Below, piece by piece: positions 24,969 through 37,101 of a stretch of 64,000 nt of DNA. The stretch comes from Batkoa obscura (Eukaryota). Location of the stretch: NCBI GenBank assembly GCA_030770535.1, contig JASVEC010000001.1, positions 992,001 to 1,056,000 of the forward strand, written 5' to 3'. Numbering within the stretch: the stretch's first letter is position 1; each line of letters starts with the position of its first letter. The translations under genes and the position numbers were made by a program. The notes under the pieces were generated by a model. The model had not been told where the DNA came from. It searched no databases and worked only from the letters and a program-made list of their open reading frames with translations.

Positions 24969-26258
24969 CTATGGTTTAGTTTCAGATACATTATTACTTA
25001 AGTTATTATTTGACATTAAATTCCAAATAGGTGGCAAAGAAAACTTTTGAGAACGTCGATGATGAGATCTTAAAGTAACGTTAGATAAGATAGATTTTGA
25101 TAATTGAGTTTCATTCCCAACATTATTATTTGCTTCGTTAGTACTATTGTTTTCGGTATTATTATTATTACTTTCTCTCCTCCTCCTAGAGTTTAATAAA
25201 CTTGAATGTAAATCTAACCAAGCATGACTAATAGTATCACCACCTTTACCAAACACAGAGGATACTTTATTTAGTAATTGACGTTGTACTTTACCCTCTG
25301 TTTTAATTTGATTGGGGGTACCTTGTGCTGTTGAAGAACTAAACTCGGAATCTGGACTACTATCTTTTAAAGTAGAACTAGGTGATGGACATTTAGTACT
25401 ATTTTTACTACTTTTATCCTCTTTTAAACTAGCCATGGAATGACGTAAAGATAAACTTGGATTAACTACTGTTTTTGAAGAACCCATTGAACTATTTGAT
25501 AAACTAGATCTTAAAGATGGAGTTGATCTTCTACTTGATACCACGGATTTGGGGATCTGTTTGATTGACTTTTGTAAGCCAATCTCTTGTTGAGGAAGAT
25601 TATTACTGAAATTATAAAGTAATTTGATACCGTTTTCTGGGAATACTTCCACCCATAAAACTTTACGTAAATGATTTCGATTTGGGGTTTGAGATAAAGA
25701 ACGGGTTAATTTACCATCCATAAATTCAACAAATTCACTCCAATGTTGTTTAGATACATATAATTGAAATCCTAAGAAAAATAATAATTCAACTTCCATC
25801 TTATTGATTTCTTCTACTTTAAAAAGACCTTGACTAACTTGTGCCCAACTACGATTATGATAACAATTATCATAAAGATATTTATAAGCTATAATTAAGG
25901 CGGCTAATAATAATCTATGGGGTGAGCTATTGGTGCCTTTACAAGCTGGATGTTTTTGTTTTAATCTAATCAAATAGATCAAAGCCAAAAACAAAGTAGT
26001 AATAGAAGAATTGGTTCTTCTAATAACTCTATAAATGAATTCATTTAAAGGTGGTAAACCACTCTTTTCAATTTGTTCAGGTTCACAGCCAAATAAATGA
26101 TTGACAAATCTTTCTGCTAATGCAATAGCTACTAGTCGTAATTGTTTACGATCTTCATCACTTGTTATTATTTTTTCATCTAAATGGGCTGGTATGATTA
26201 ATTCTAAAGCATTTGTGCTTGGCCTTGGGTTATTGTTATTATTTGATATTGATAACAT
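24969..26258 (-). CDS. Pho80/Pcl-type cyclin
   Basis: LPPLNEFIYRVIRRTNSSITTLFLALIYLIRLK..HRLLLAALIIAYKYLYDNCYHNRSWA..EINKMEVELLFFLGFQL; Ser-rich tail. Confidence 0.9.
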   Translation of the reverse strand: MLSISNNNNNPRPSTNALELIIPAHLDEKIITSDEDRKQLRLVAIALAERFVNHLFGCEPEQIEKSGLPPLNEFIYRVIRRTNSSITTLFLALIYLIRLKQKHPACKGTNSSPHRLLLAALIIAYKYLYDNCYHNRSWAQVSQGLFKVEEINKMEVELLFFLGFQLYVSKQHWSEFVEFMDGKLTRSLSQTPNRNHLRKVLWVEVFPENGIKLLYNFSNNLPQQEIGLQKSIKQIPKSVVSSRRSTPSLRSSLSNSSMGSSKTVVNPSLSLRHSMASLKEDKSSKNSTKCPSPSSTLKDSSPDSEFSSSTAQGTPNQIKTEGKVQRQLLNKVSSVFGKGGDTISHAWLDLHSSLLNSRRRRESNNNNTENNSTNEANNNVGNETQLSKSILSNVTLRSHHRRSQKFSLPPIWNLMSNNNLSNNVSETKP

Positions 26259-26262
26259 TCTT

Positions 26263-26309
26263 TATTATATTATATTATATTATATTATATTGTATTATAT
26301 TATATTATT
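26263..26309 (+). repeat. (TATAT/TATTA)n pentamer microsatellite immediately upstream of the cyclin start
   Basis: Seen directly. Confidence 0.8.
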
Positions 26310-27719
26310 AAAAATACAAATTGTTGTAAATAATAAAAAGAGAAATGATAGATTTGAAAATCAATTTGATGATTGTATTATATATAAAGCTTATATTCGA
26401 TTTAAGGGGTCAAAATACTAATTTTAAATCAGAGTCATAAAACTAAAACTGGGGAAATAAGAATATACTGATAAAATAATGAGTAAAATTTAATTGAATA
26501 TACTCTACTATCTAATCAAGTTTATATGACTAAAAAAATACGATCAAAGTTTAAAAAAAGAATAAAAAAATTTATTTTTCTATATTCACTTTTTTTATAC
26601 TTAAATAAATATCTAACTTTTAGGTTAAAAGTTACTAATTTTTGGTCGATTTCAAACTCTCATTCTTGAAATTGAAACTTGAAATTTATATCCAAATCAT
26701 CTAATTTGTATAATTTTATGCCTTTTGAAACTGACTTTTGATACTCAAATGCCTTAATCAGCTCTTGAAACTATGTAGCCATTTATCTATTTTTAGTAAA
26801 TCTTATCAATTATAGCCAATCAAACCTTCAAAAGATACTTTTAGTTGATCTAAAAGTATCTGATTTCATTGGCTTAAAAGTATTTTTATTAACTAAAATT
26901 TATGCACTTTAAACTCAAAGTTACTTCAAATTTTCAATAACAAATAAAAGAGATCAATTAAGGTTAACTCTTTGATCTAATTGATAAAAATCAACTCATT
27001 GAAAGATCTACCACTTATCAAGCTGCCTCAGTTTAAATTCGAGTTCAAATTCTCTTGCAATTTAATTACTATTTAATATATCTTAATCGCTTTTGTTCAA
27101 AAATCTACTTTCTTTTTTTAGTGATTTGTAACCACTAGCTTATCCGTTTTTTGCCCGCTTTTTAATGGCTCATCTAAATTCAAATTAAATTTTAAAGATT
27201 TTCTTTTGACAACAACCATTACGACATGACTTGACTTGAAAAAAGGCTTATTAATTAAGATTAAAATTGGAACACTGGATCATCTTTTCTCCATAGTTTT
27301 TTGGCCGAATCCCTGAATTAGCACTAATTTTTGCAATACTTTATTGTTTGTTTTAACTAGTTTTAATTCATTAGCATAACAAATTGGACTTTGTTTCATT
27401 ATCATATCGCTATTCTTGACTAATCAAAAATTACATCATCCTTACCCTGAATTGAAGTCTGGGTAAATATAATCTTAACTAAAACTTCATAATGACTGTA
27501 CTCTTTTTGATAGCTCATTATTTATTGATTTATTATTTTAAGCAATTTATGATGTATTATGACTTAATTAACTGTTTATTTGAGAGTAAATATTTAGCTA
27601 AAATTAATTTAAACTTAAGAATTAGGCTTTAAAAAATGGTTTTAACTAATTGTTTAATTTTAAAAATTATCGTTAAGTCATAGTTTATTTGAATTAGTTA
27701 TAATATTAGTTGTTAACTA

Positions 27720-27858
27720 ACTATTGTTATATTCTAAATGTAAATTGGGCATTTCAATTTTGTTTTTAGTGAATCTAATTTATAAAATTTTTGATTTTTA
27801 TAACTAGAAAATATAAAATTAAAAATGCCCAATCCACACTTAAAATATAGATAGTAGT
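27720..27858. repeat. Imperfect ~40 bp inverted repeat, probable second MITE type
   Basis: ..ATATTCTAAATGTAAATTGGGCATTTCAATTTT.. versus ..AAAATTAAAAATGCCCAATCCACACTTAAAATAT.. Confidence 0.55.
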
Positions 27859-29111
27859 GTTATATGAATTTCATTCTGTTTTTATTATTTCGTACCGGTT
27901 TTAACCTAGTTTTAAAACCCATTTTAATAGTTTTATCTACTGTTATTTTGTTTAAAATCCATTTTTAATGTTTGAATTAACTAATATATTAAATATCTAA
28001 AAATAAAGCTTTATTTTTAAGGACTTAATATACTATTACTATTGAACATTTTGAAAATTCGAAATCTAATATTCTTTCTATTATAAATACTTACAAAATT
28101 ATTCTAACTTAAAAAAAGAATTTGGATCAAATATAAATCCAATGTGATTTATTAAAAAGATAAATGAAATCAAATAGTTTATTTTTTTAACTTCACTTAC
28201 TAAAATGAAAATCTTAACCCCTCTTACAATATTCTAGTTCAAGTCTTAGGCTTGGGATTGAACTCTGTTTTGAAGGGCAAAAGATTCAATAGCTAAAAAA
28301 AGTAATTTTCCAATCATAATATTCAAATGTTGCACTTTAGTTCAAGTTATGGATTTAAAAATAAAAGTTTAAGTTTAAATAGGAGGTTGAATCTTCGGTT
28401 GATATATATTCGAGTATTTTTTTTAATTGTCTCGGGATAATATTAGCGCTAGATTATTTCATGATAACTTGGAAGACAAATAATATGATTAATTACATTT
28501 GATATGAAATTTAATCGTGACTGCTTTTTACTTTGAATTTTAAAGATTAATTAAAATAATATTGGAAACTTCTCATTTTGTATTAACTTAATATAAGAAT
28601 ATTAAGTAAAAACATTATTTATAGATAATTAAGTTTATAAACACGTTATTTTTTAACATGGACAATAGTAAATTTAATTAAATCTTATATTACAAATAGT
28701 TGAAAAGCTTATCTTGATTTTAAACTTGATTTTTCAGTTAGAATTCAATTCTGTTTACAAAATTTGTATGATAATGTCCAAATCATGAAAAGCAGCGATG
28801 GAGCCACTTGCAATTAGATCTTTTATTGCTTTTAATTTCTAGTTATTTTTTTTTAGTATGAATTTGAAAGTTACAGCTTTTTAATATTTTTCAAATTCAT
28901 ATAGAAACATTAATTACAAATTAAAAACAAAGAATGATATGTTATTATAAGTGGTTTTAATTTTCGAATTTATCAACCAATTTCAATTTTTGCATTCAAA
29001 TAAAATCAGGAAATAAAGGAGCTCTAGGTTAAATAAACAGATATTTCATTTTAAAAAGAAAAATCTATTAAATTGTAAATATATTTATTCTTATACTAAA
29101 CCTCCATAAAG

Positions 29112-29576
29112 TTAAATAATAGCAACATTGTTGTGTTTATTAACATTAACATTACTCTTATTGATATCTTTCTTATGAACATTATCAACAAATACAGCTG
29201 CTTTTTTATTACTATCAAACTGATGAGCATTGAAATTATTAGCATTAACATTGAAATGATCCTTATTAATAACAGTTGGAAAACCGAAGGAGTTAAAATT
29301 ATTAAATCTCCCATACCCATTATTATAGCCTAAACCAGGAGAGTAAGAGTTGAAACTACGTCTAAATAAATTTGTATTAGTAGAAAATGAATTATCTAAA
29401 ACATCTGGGAAACTTAAGGTATTTAAAGTATTTAAACCATTATTACTATCATATTTATATTCAGTAGAATAAAAATTAAAATAACGTTTAGATAATTGTT
29501 GTTCATTAGAGGTTGGTATGGAAATGATAGTAGAAATTAAAGATAAGAAGATGATGTTTGATATGAATTTAGTCAT
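29112..29576 (-). CDS. Secreted precursor family, member E (154 aa) with two dibasic sites
   Basis: Signal peptide, LSKR then LFRR, conserved tail AAVFVDNVHKKDINK..VAII. Confidence 0.9.
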   Translation of the reverse strand: MTKFISNIIFLSLISTIISIPTSNEQQLSKRYFNFYSTEYKYDSNNGLNTLNTLSFPDVLDNSFSTNTNLFRRSFNSYSPGLGYNNGYGRFNNFNSFGFPTVINKDHFNVNANNFNAHQFDSNKKAAVFVDNVHKKDINKSNVNVNKHNNVAII

Positions 29577-30421
29577 TTTTTTAATAACTATTTGAAGTTA
29601 TCGATTTGGGGGTTTTTATATTTACTAGTTACTAATATTACTTATCTTTGTTGATAAAATAAAAGTTAAATTGATAAATAAAGTTAATTATTAATTATAA
29701 TGAAGATAATTAATGTAGACTTAAAGTATTATTATTTACTATTATATTTATCAAATTAAATATAATTTTATTAAATTATTATCTAATAAATATTAAGTGT
29801 TATTATAAAATTCAATAATTAATCTAGTTTATCACTAAATACTTTGAGTCATAACATATTAAATTAATACTATTTATTATTGGAAGATTGAGAAAGTTCT
29901 AAAGATTTAATAAAAAACAAAATTGATAATATAGGGTTATTTATATTTTAAATACTTTTTTTAATAGTAATAAATAGATTCTTTATACTTTTGAACAATT
30001 TCTTTATATTTTTGAATAATGTGAATATAATTTTAAATAGTTATGTAAAATCGGATAAATAAATCCATTAGTCATTATTTTCTGAATGCTGCTTTATATT
30101 CAAAAATCTAATAAAGTTTGAAAACTTTTGAATTTTTATTAGTTTTTATTGAAATAAATTTTATTTATAAATCCTTTTTTGATATATAATAGTTTTTAAA
30201 TGTACTAGGTAAGATGATAAGACTGTTATAATTCTTTTAAGATAAAGCTAACTAGCAAGTCTTTATTATAAAATATTAGTCTTTCCCCTACTTTGCTATT
30301 AAAACGAAATATCTTTTATAGTAAATTTAAAAAATTTCAATCTAAATGCATGACGTGAAATATCAAAAGCATGATAAGATTTTAGTATTCTAAATTTATA
30401 AACTTAAAATAAGATAAAAAT

Positions 30422-30518
30422 GAAGGTGTTTTTTTTGGTTTCATTATTTCCCATTTTTTAAGTGCTGTTTAAGCGGAAAAATTGGTAGTAAAATTCTTAA
30501 ACAAGAAAATACATCCCC
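30422..30518 (+). mobile_element. MITE family A copy
   Basis: AAAT direct repeat on both sides. Confidence 0.88.
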
Positions 30519-30572
30519 AAATAAAAAGGCTATTAATTTCTAAATCCTTTGTTTTAATAGATATGAACTATA

Positions 30573-30920
30573 TTAAATAATAGCAACGTTATCATGCTTA
30601 TTAATATTGATGTGGTTCTTATTGATATCCTTCTTATGAACGTTGTCAACGAATACAGCGGCTTTTTTATTATGATCAAATTCATTTAAATTAAAGTTAT
30701 CAGCCTTGGTACGGAATTGATTATTATTAATTACAGCTGGGAAACCAGAGGAGCCAAAGTTATTGAATCCACCATATCCACCATTAAACCCACCAAGTCC
30801 ATAGCCAGGATAGAAATTGTTAAAAGTGCGTCTGGTTAAGTAACTATCACTAGAAGTTGGAAGAGATGAGATAGTACAAGTGAAAGCTAAGACAATGGCG
30901 TTTAATAAGAATTGATTCAT
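30573..30920 (-). CDS. Secreted precursor family, member F (115 aa)
   Basis: Signal peptide, LTRR, FYPGYGLGGF, conserved tail. Confidence 0.9.
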   Translation of the reverse strand: MNQFLLNAIVLAFTCTISSLPTSSDSYLTRRTFNNFYPGYGLGGFNGGYGGFNNFGSSGFPAVINNNQFRTKADNFNLNEFDHNKKAAVFVDNVHKKDINKNHININKHDNVAII

Positions 30921-31261
30921 TTTTTGATAACTATTTTAAAGATTTATTCTGGTGCTTATATACTTATCTATCTTTCTTTCTTTTATCATATATAATATGG
31001 AGATGTTTTTTTGGTTTCATTATTTTTTCCATTTTTTAAACGCTATTTGAGTGAAAAGATTGTTAGTAAAGTTTTTAAACACAAAAATACATCCTCATAT
31101 TATTTTTACTTGATTTAACGTTAATTTATCATTATTTGTCTATACTAAATAAAACTATACTTAGTTAAAATAATACCACATTTATCTGACTAGTCATTGT
31201 TAATTGACAATATTTTATAATCTATGCTTTATTAATTGAATTTATAAGATACATTAAAAGT
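30655..31261. repeat. ~600 bp near-identical direct duplication, partner at ~37184-37790
   Basis: Only a couple of mismatches seen; covers the 5' part of F/G, the promoter and a MITE. Confidence 0.9.
30999..31096 (+). mobile_element. MITE family A copy ~80 bp upstream of precursor F start
   Basis: Consensus match, ATAT flanks. Confidence 0.9.
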
Positions 31262-31332
31262 AAACGATAAGATTTAATAGCTTATCATTATCAAAATATG
31301 GCCTATTTTATTTAACAAAACAAAGTTTATAT

Positions 31333-31430
31333 GGGGATGCATTTTTTTGTTTAAGAATTTTACTAACAGTCTTTTCACTCAAATAGCGTTTAAAAAATGG
31401 AAAAAGTAATGAAACCAAAAAAACATCCCC
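31333..31430 (-). mobile_element. MITE family A copy
   Basis: GGGGATG/CATCCCC termini, ATAT flanks. Confidence 0.92.
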
Positions 31431-31769
31431 ATATAGAAATAATCTATTAAGCCAAACTTTTTATTTTATAAATGCGTACAAAAAAAATATTGCTATTAAT
31501 TACTATTTTATACTTTTATTTAAATTTGCTTTTGATCCTAAGAAGAGCAAAAAATAAATATTATCAATTAACAAGGCCAAATGACATGTAAGAATTAAAA
31601 CATAAATCTTGGTATAGTTAATTATAATGTAATCAAAAGCCAATTTCTTTAATAAATACTGTAAGATGAGATACGATCCGTTTAATCTTTAGGTTTTATT
31701 ATATTTCGAAATCAGTATCCAAGTCAACTTTTATCTAATATCTATTATGTACCCTATCTCTAACGCAAA

Positions 31770-32075
31770 ATCAGTGATTATGGTATGGACAACTCTTATG
31801 CTCCTCAAGCAGAATGTTATGATTCCGATGATAATTCCGATGATGATAGCTATAAGCAAGCGTGGAATGAAGAGTATTATAAAACAAAAGATTATTATGA
31901 ATGTACTATGATATATGCTTAAGATGGGTATGAAGATCTTAATAATTCTTTTTTTGAACTTTCTATATTGTTTTATAACGACTATAATGAACTTAAGGGG
32001 TATAGTGAAAATAGCTCAATTCAAGAATAGATGAACGAAAAAAGAATTTATGGGAAAAATGCGAGATATTGTAGG
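31770..32075 (+). pseudogene. Acidic Asp/Asn/Tyr-rich family, decayed copy 1
   Basis: ISDYGMDNSYAPQAECYDSDDNSDDDSY..*..IQE*MNEKR aligns with MSDYSIDNFYYSQSDY..QKWMEKR at 51229; in-frame stops. Confidence 0.65.
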
Positions 32076-33493
32076 TTAAGAGTAAAATCTATTGTGATAC
32101 CACGTTCTTCTTTGTAAAATAAAAGTAAGCTAGTAATCTTATTAATTTTCGATATGTTTCTTTGTGATCTTTATCCTTTTAAATTAAATTAAAAAATTTA
32201 TCGCTTTTTAAACAAACTGTTCCCCATAAATATACAATCTTTTTACACTGTTTTAATCTGAAGAAAAAAAAGGAAAAAAGGAAAAAATCTATAGTTACGA
32301 AGAATTCACACTCAGAGGTACACTTCTGAGTTTGAATTAGATCTGACTGGGACTTATAAACCTTTTATATATTAGCAGCAAACAATCAAAATAATTGACG
32401 CAGTAATTTGTGGAAAAAATTAAATGCAACGAAAGAGGAATAGATAAAAGATAAAGAATCTCTTTATCTCATTCAATAGAACTAATATTGATTAGATTTA
32501 ATAGTTAAGACATCATAAAAAGCCTAACTTTTAAAATTAGATAAAAATTGTAAAAAAAAGTAAATTAATAGTAAAATAATAACAATAATTGAACAAAAAT
32601 AGAAGTTATCTTAAAATAAATTTGTAAAAAAGCAACCTATATTATCTTATTGATAATCAAAACTGAAAAAAAATCGATAAAGTTGTGTAAAAATTAAAGA
32701 AGATCAGATTGGAGCTAGGATGGAGTTAAAGACATGTGCTTCCATATCATAAAATTTGGTAGATTGGTTTTTTACTGTCATAAAAATTAGTTTCCCATCA
32801 AAAAAATTGTACTAAATTATACGTCATAAATGATTCCCTAGCCAAAAAAATAGTTTAAAATGAATACCTTGAGTTTAAGTTCACCCTCAATAATAATAAT
32901 AATAATAATAATAGGATGTATAAACAGTTTGATAGCTTTAATAAATTTGCTCAAAATAAGATTCAGTTCAATATCTGTGGTGGTAGAAAATCAGGTAGCT
33001 ATATTATATAGTTAGTAAGCTATCAATTTTAATTAAGTGAGAGAATTTTTCAATGTAGTAGAAATTTGAATTATGAACTAATAATTTAACTTTATCAGTA
33101 GTTATGGTTTTCGTGTGAAGGTAACCAGTCGGATAATTACCATTAAAAGCTCTATAAAAACATTTAAAATCTACTATATTGTATAAAATGATTTTTGCAA
33201 TAATTTGCAAGTTTGAATATTTAATATAGTTTTAGAGTGATTTCTAAAGATGTATGTATTTATCAAATACCTTTTAAAATGTTCTCTTGGTATATAAACT
33301 TTATTAGTAAGTAGGTTTTAGACACTTTATAGTTAATCATTTGATTAGTTTTTTTAGAATTCTTAATCATGTATGAGCGGAAAATAAAACAATTAGTTGA
33401 TTTAAAATCTGGAACATCTTTTAAAAGGGATTAAAGCGTGATTTTGGAAAATCAAGTATAAAAGAAAAGAATAAAACATAAATATAATTTTAA

Positions 33494-35426
33494 ATGTTTA
33501 GTTTAATTTCAGTATTGAATTTTATCCTTGTATTATCCTTGTTCTACTACAGTTACAAAGTAAACCATTATTCGTATACTATTATAACGTTCTAATTTCA
33601 CCTTTAAAGGTCATATACAATATATTCTTTAGTCCATTAAGAAAAGTACCTGGTCCATTAATCAATTTGATATTTCCCTTTGTAAGTACTTTTCAAATAA
33701 TTAGGGGAACCTTTCCAGAGTATACTCTTAATTTACATCTTAAATACGGAAATGCGGTAAGATTAAGTAAGTATCAAAATCCAATTTGGCAATGGGGATA
33801 ATAATTAATTAAACTAGATTGGAATGATATATCTTTTTCTTCAGAGTCAGCATTAAAAGAGATCTACTCAACTTATACATATGAAAAGGATGACATTTAT
33901 GATATTTTCACAATATTAGGTGAAACCATTTTTAGCACAAGGTAATAAATAAGAAACACTAAGTAGCTTTAATTAACAATTTATTAGAAATAGGGAATTT
34001 CATCGTCAAAGAGTAATATTTTCAATTATTTATGAAAATTTGATTAACAGTTAGAAAAAAATCATTGCCCCATCTTTTTCAGAGAAAGTGATTGAAAGTG
34101 TAGAATATTTAGTCAAAAAGAATGTAAATAACTTTATAGATAAATTGAATATTATTACAGATCAAGGCCAGAATTTCGACCTTGGACTTTATTTTCATTA
34201 CTTTGCTTTTGTAAGTCCTTTATAAAATAGAAATATTTACATTGATGTAAATAATAGGATGTAATTGGAGACTTAGCATTTGGAAAATCATTTAGTATGC
34301 TAAAAGATGGCTACCATCCAATAGTAAAATGGGTACATAATATTTCTACTTATAGCCTTTTGGTATGATCTTTCCTGATTTATTTAATCATAATGTATAA
34401 ACAACATTAGGTATTTACGTTCCCGTTTATGAAATACTATCAATTTGATGGTATCAAAAAGCTATATGAGGTATTATAAGCTGAAATTATTTTCAAACTT
34501 ATTTAATCCAATTTAGTTTTCATATGAAGCAATAAAGGATGCTAGAAACAACCCAGATAGAGCTAATATTCTAAGCAATTTAATCAAAGCAACGGATCCA
34601 GATACAGGAAATCATTTAAGTGATAAAGAGATAGCTGAAGAATCGATTTTACAAATGTAATTTTAAATGATATCAATTTAGATTCTTAAAATTAATATTC
34701 GTAGTGGAGCTGGCACCGATACTACATCAAATTCACTTACATGGTAATCTAACTCGAGAGCCCTTAATAGATTGACTTATTTTGCTAGGATATTTTATTT
34801 ACTAACCAATAACCCAGAGGTATATCAAAAAGTGAAAGAAGAGATGCTTACAGTATTCCCAGATAAAAATTCAATCACTTATACAATGTGTAAATCAGAA
34901 TGCCACTATCTTAGTGCCGTAATTCATGAAGGCTTAAGGGTCATACCGGTAGCTGGGGGCGCCCCTACAAGATATGTACCTAAAGGAGGCAAAGTAATTG
35001 ATGGCTATTATATTCCAGAAAAGGTAAGCTATACAATAACTATAATTCAGGCTTGTACTAATTTGCAGGCTACTGTTGGAGTAACCATTAATGCTTTACA
35101 CAATTTATCCTCATTATGGAAAAATCCAGATGTTTTTGATCCTCAAAGGTGGTTACAAGATGGGAAGTTTAAAACTAACTCCAATTTTTCACCCTTTTTA
35201 ATAGGACCTAGAGCTTGTGTTGGTAGAACGTAAGCTATTATTAAGAAAGTAGCAATAATTACTTATTTTGTTTTTTAGTCTGGCTTGGATGGAGCTATAC
35301 TTAGTTAGTGCAAATTTGATAAGAAACTTCACTTTCAAAAGAAATATTGAAAAGAAGATTGCTTATAAAAATTTTATTACTACCCAACCTGCTGAACCTA
35401 TTGAGGTTTCTATATTTAAAAATTAA
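33494..35426 (+). CDS. Cytochrome P450, copy 1 (12 exons, appears intact)
   Basis: N-terminal TM and FSPLRKVPGP; I-helix GAGTDTT; EGLR (ExxR); FDPQRW; heme motif PFLIGPRACVG; 11 short GT-AG introns. Confidence 0.93.
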
Positions 35427-35589
35427 TGTGAGTTTTGTCAAATGTGTTTGATACAAGTCAGTTTATGTTTTATATTTTGCTTTGTAATTCTTTCACTATT
35501 CATATTATTAGTTAAAATAAACAGTGTTGTTTTTTCTATTGTTGCCTAATTTTGGAGCTGTTTTATTTCAAGTAAGAATGTAGAAAATC

Positions 35590-35850
35590 ATGAGCTAAGC
35601 TAAAAGGCTAAAAGTTTAAACTAATCGATTTAAGGAAGTAAATAGAGAAGGTGAAAATCAAAACAAAAGAAAACCTCTCACTAGGACATGGTGTGTCAAT
35701 TGTCAGGATAAGAAAGCTAAGTAATAGTTCGTAATTAAAACTCGAAACTAAAGGTATAAATTAAAAAATTATATGTACCTGTGAGGATTAGTTTAAGTAG
35801 AAAAAAGCCACGTAATATTATTCAGGTATTGAAAAAAGCCATTCATTGGT
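35590..35850 (+). pseudogene. Possible remnant of a Zn(II)2Cys6-like transcription factor
   Basis: KRKPLTRTWCVNCQDKKAK at 35665-35721, then degenerate TCED..LSRKKP; stops upstream and within. Confidence 0.3.
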
Positions 35851-36379
35851 AACTGTATCTATGTTAAGATTGTTTTATCGGAGTGTGATTAGGTTCATTG
35901 AAAGACCCATGAATAAGTCAGATAGTTAATATTATTATTAATGACTAAAGCTGAGAACAATGTTAACGGAGGTATACAAGATATATAGGAGTTTTATGAA
36001 GCTTCAGAGATAACTATAACTATAACAGAAAAAATCAGACGAGTTAACAGCAATAAAAATGTTTAAACTTGATTATAAAAGATAGTTATAAGCCAAATTT
36101 ATCAAAAAATAATAAAGCGTCAAAGGTACTGCTATCCGAAGTTGACCCACTGTCAAATTTCTTTTAAATAAAAGATATTTACAAACAAAATAGATTATGT
36201 TTCAAATATTTTTTGGATCAAGACTTTAGATTAATATAATTTATAAAAAAAATATAGTTTGGCGATTTATGAGGATAATTTTATTTTTAACTAATAGACA
36301 TAACAGATTGAATTGCTTTAAACGTAAAAAGTTATATAAATAAACAAAATATCAGAAAAAAAACCAAGAACATCTATAT

Positions 36380-36470
36380 GAGGGTGTATTTTTGTGTTTA
36401 AGAATTTTACTAACAATTTTTCTGCTCAAATAGCGCTTAAAAGATGGAAAAACTGATAAAGCCAAAAAAA
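36380..36470 (-). mobile_element. MITE family A copy, one end truncated
   Basis: Reverse-complement consensus match. Confidence 0.8.
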
Positions 36471-36627
36471 ATAAAATAAAGAAATAATATAATACAAATT
36501 CAGGAAATTGATAACATATAATAAAAAAGATTCATTTGTATATTTAAAATATTTAAAAAATCTCGTTAAAAAGTATCAAATTTGAGCTTTTTAAAATAAG
36601 CTGGATCTTGTTCATGAACTTTTTCAT

Positions 36628-36722
36628 GAGGATGTTTTTTAGTTTCATTACTTTTTCCATTTTTTAAGCGCTATTTGAGCAGAAAAATTGTTAGTAAAAT
36701 CCTTAAGCAAAAAAACATCCCC
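36628..36722 (+). mobile_element. MITE family A copy
   Basis: GAGGATGT..ACATCCCC. Confidence 0.88.
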
Positions 36723-37101
36723 ATTTGTTGCTTTAGTTAAATATTTTGTAATTGTTCAAAAAGCTCTCAGCTAGCATGCAAATAAAGGTTTGTCATATGA
36801 ACCAGGTGGAGCAGTAGCGAAATAACAACAACATATTAAAAAAAAGGTAAAGGAGTGATTGCTGAAAAGCATGCCAGATGAATTAACTTAATAATCTGAT
36901 AGAGGTTTTAATTTTTTTTTCTTTTTTCCATCAAATGGAACTAGGTTTATTTCCGCTTCCAGCTAAAAACTAATTTGTTAAGATAAAAAGTGTATGAATT
37001 GATATTAAATTTTTAGATTTTGTTTTAAGGATAAAATTAAAATAAGTAGTGATATATGATTTTAAAGTCTAAAGTCTTTATTTCTCAATGTTTGTTACAT
37101 G

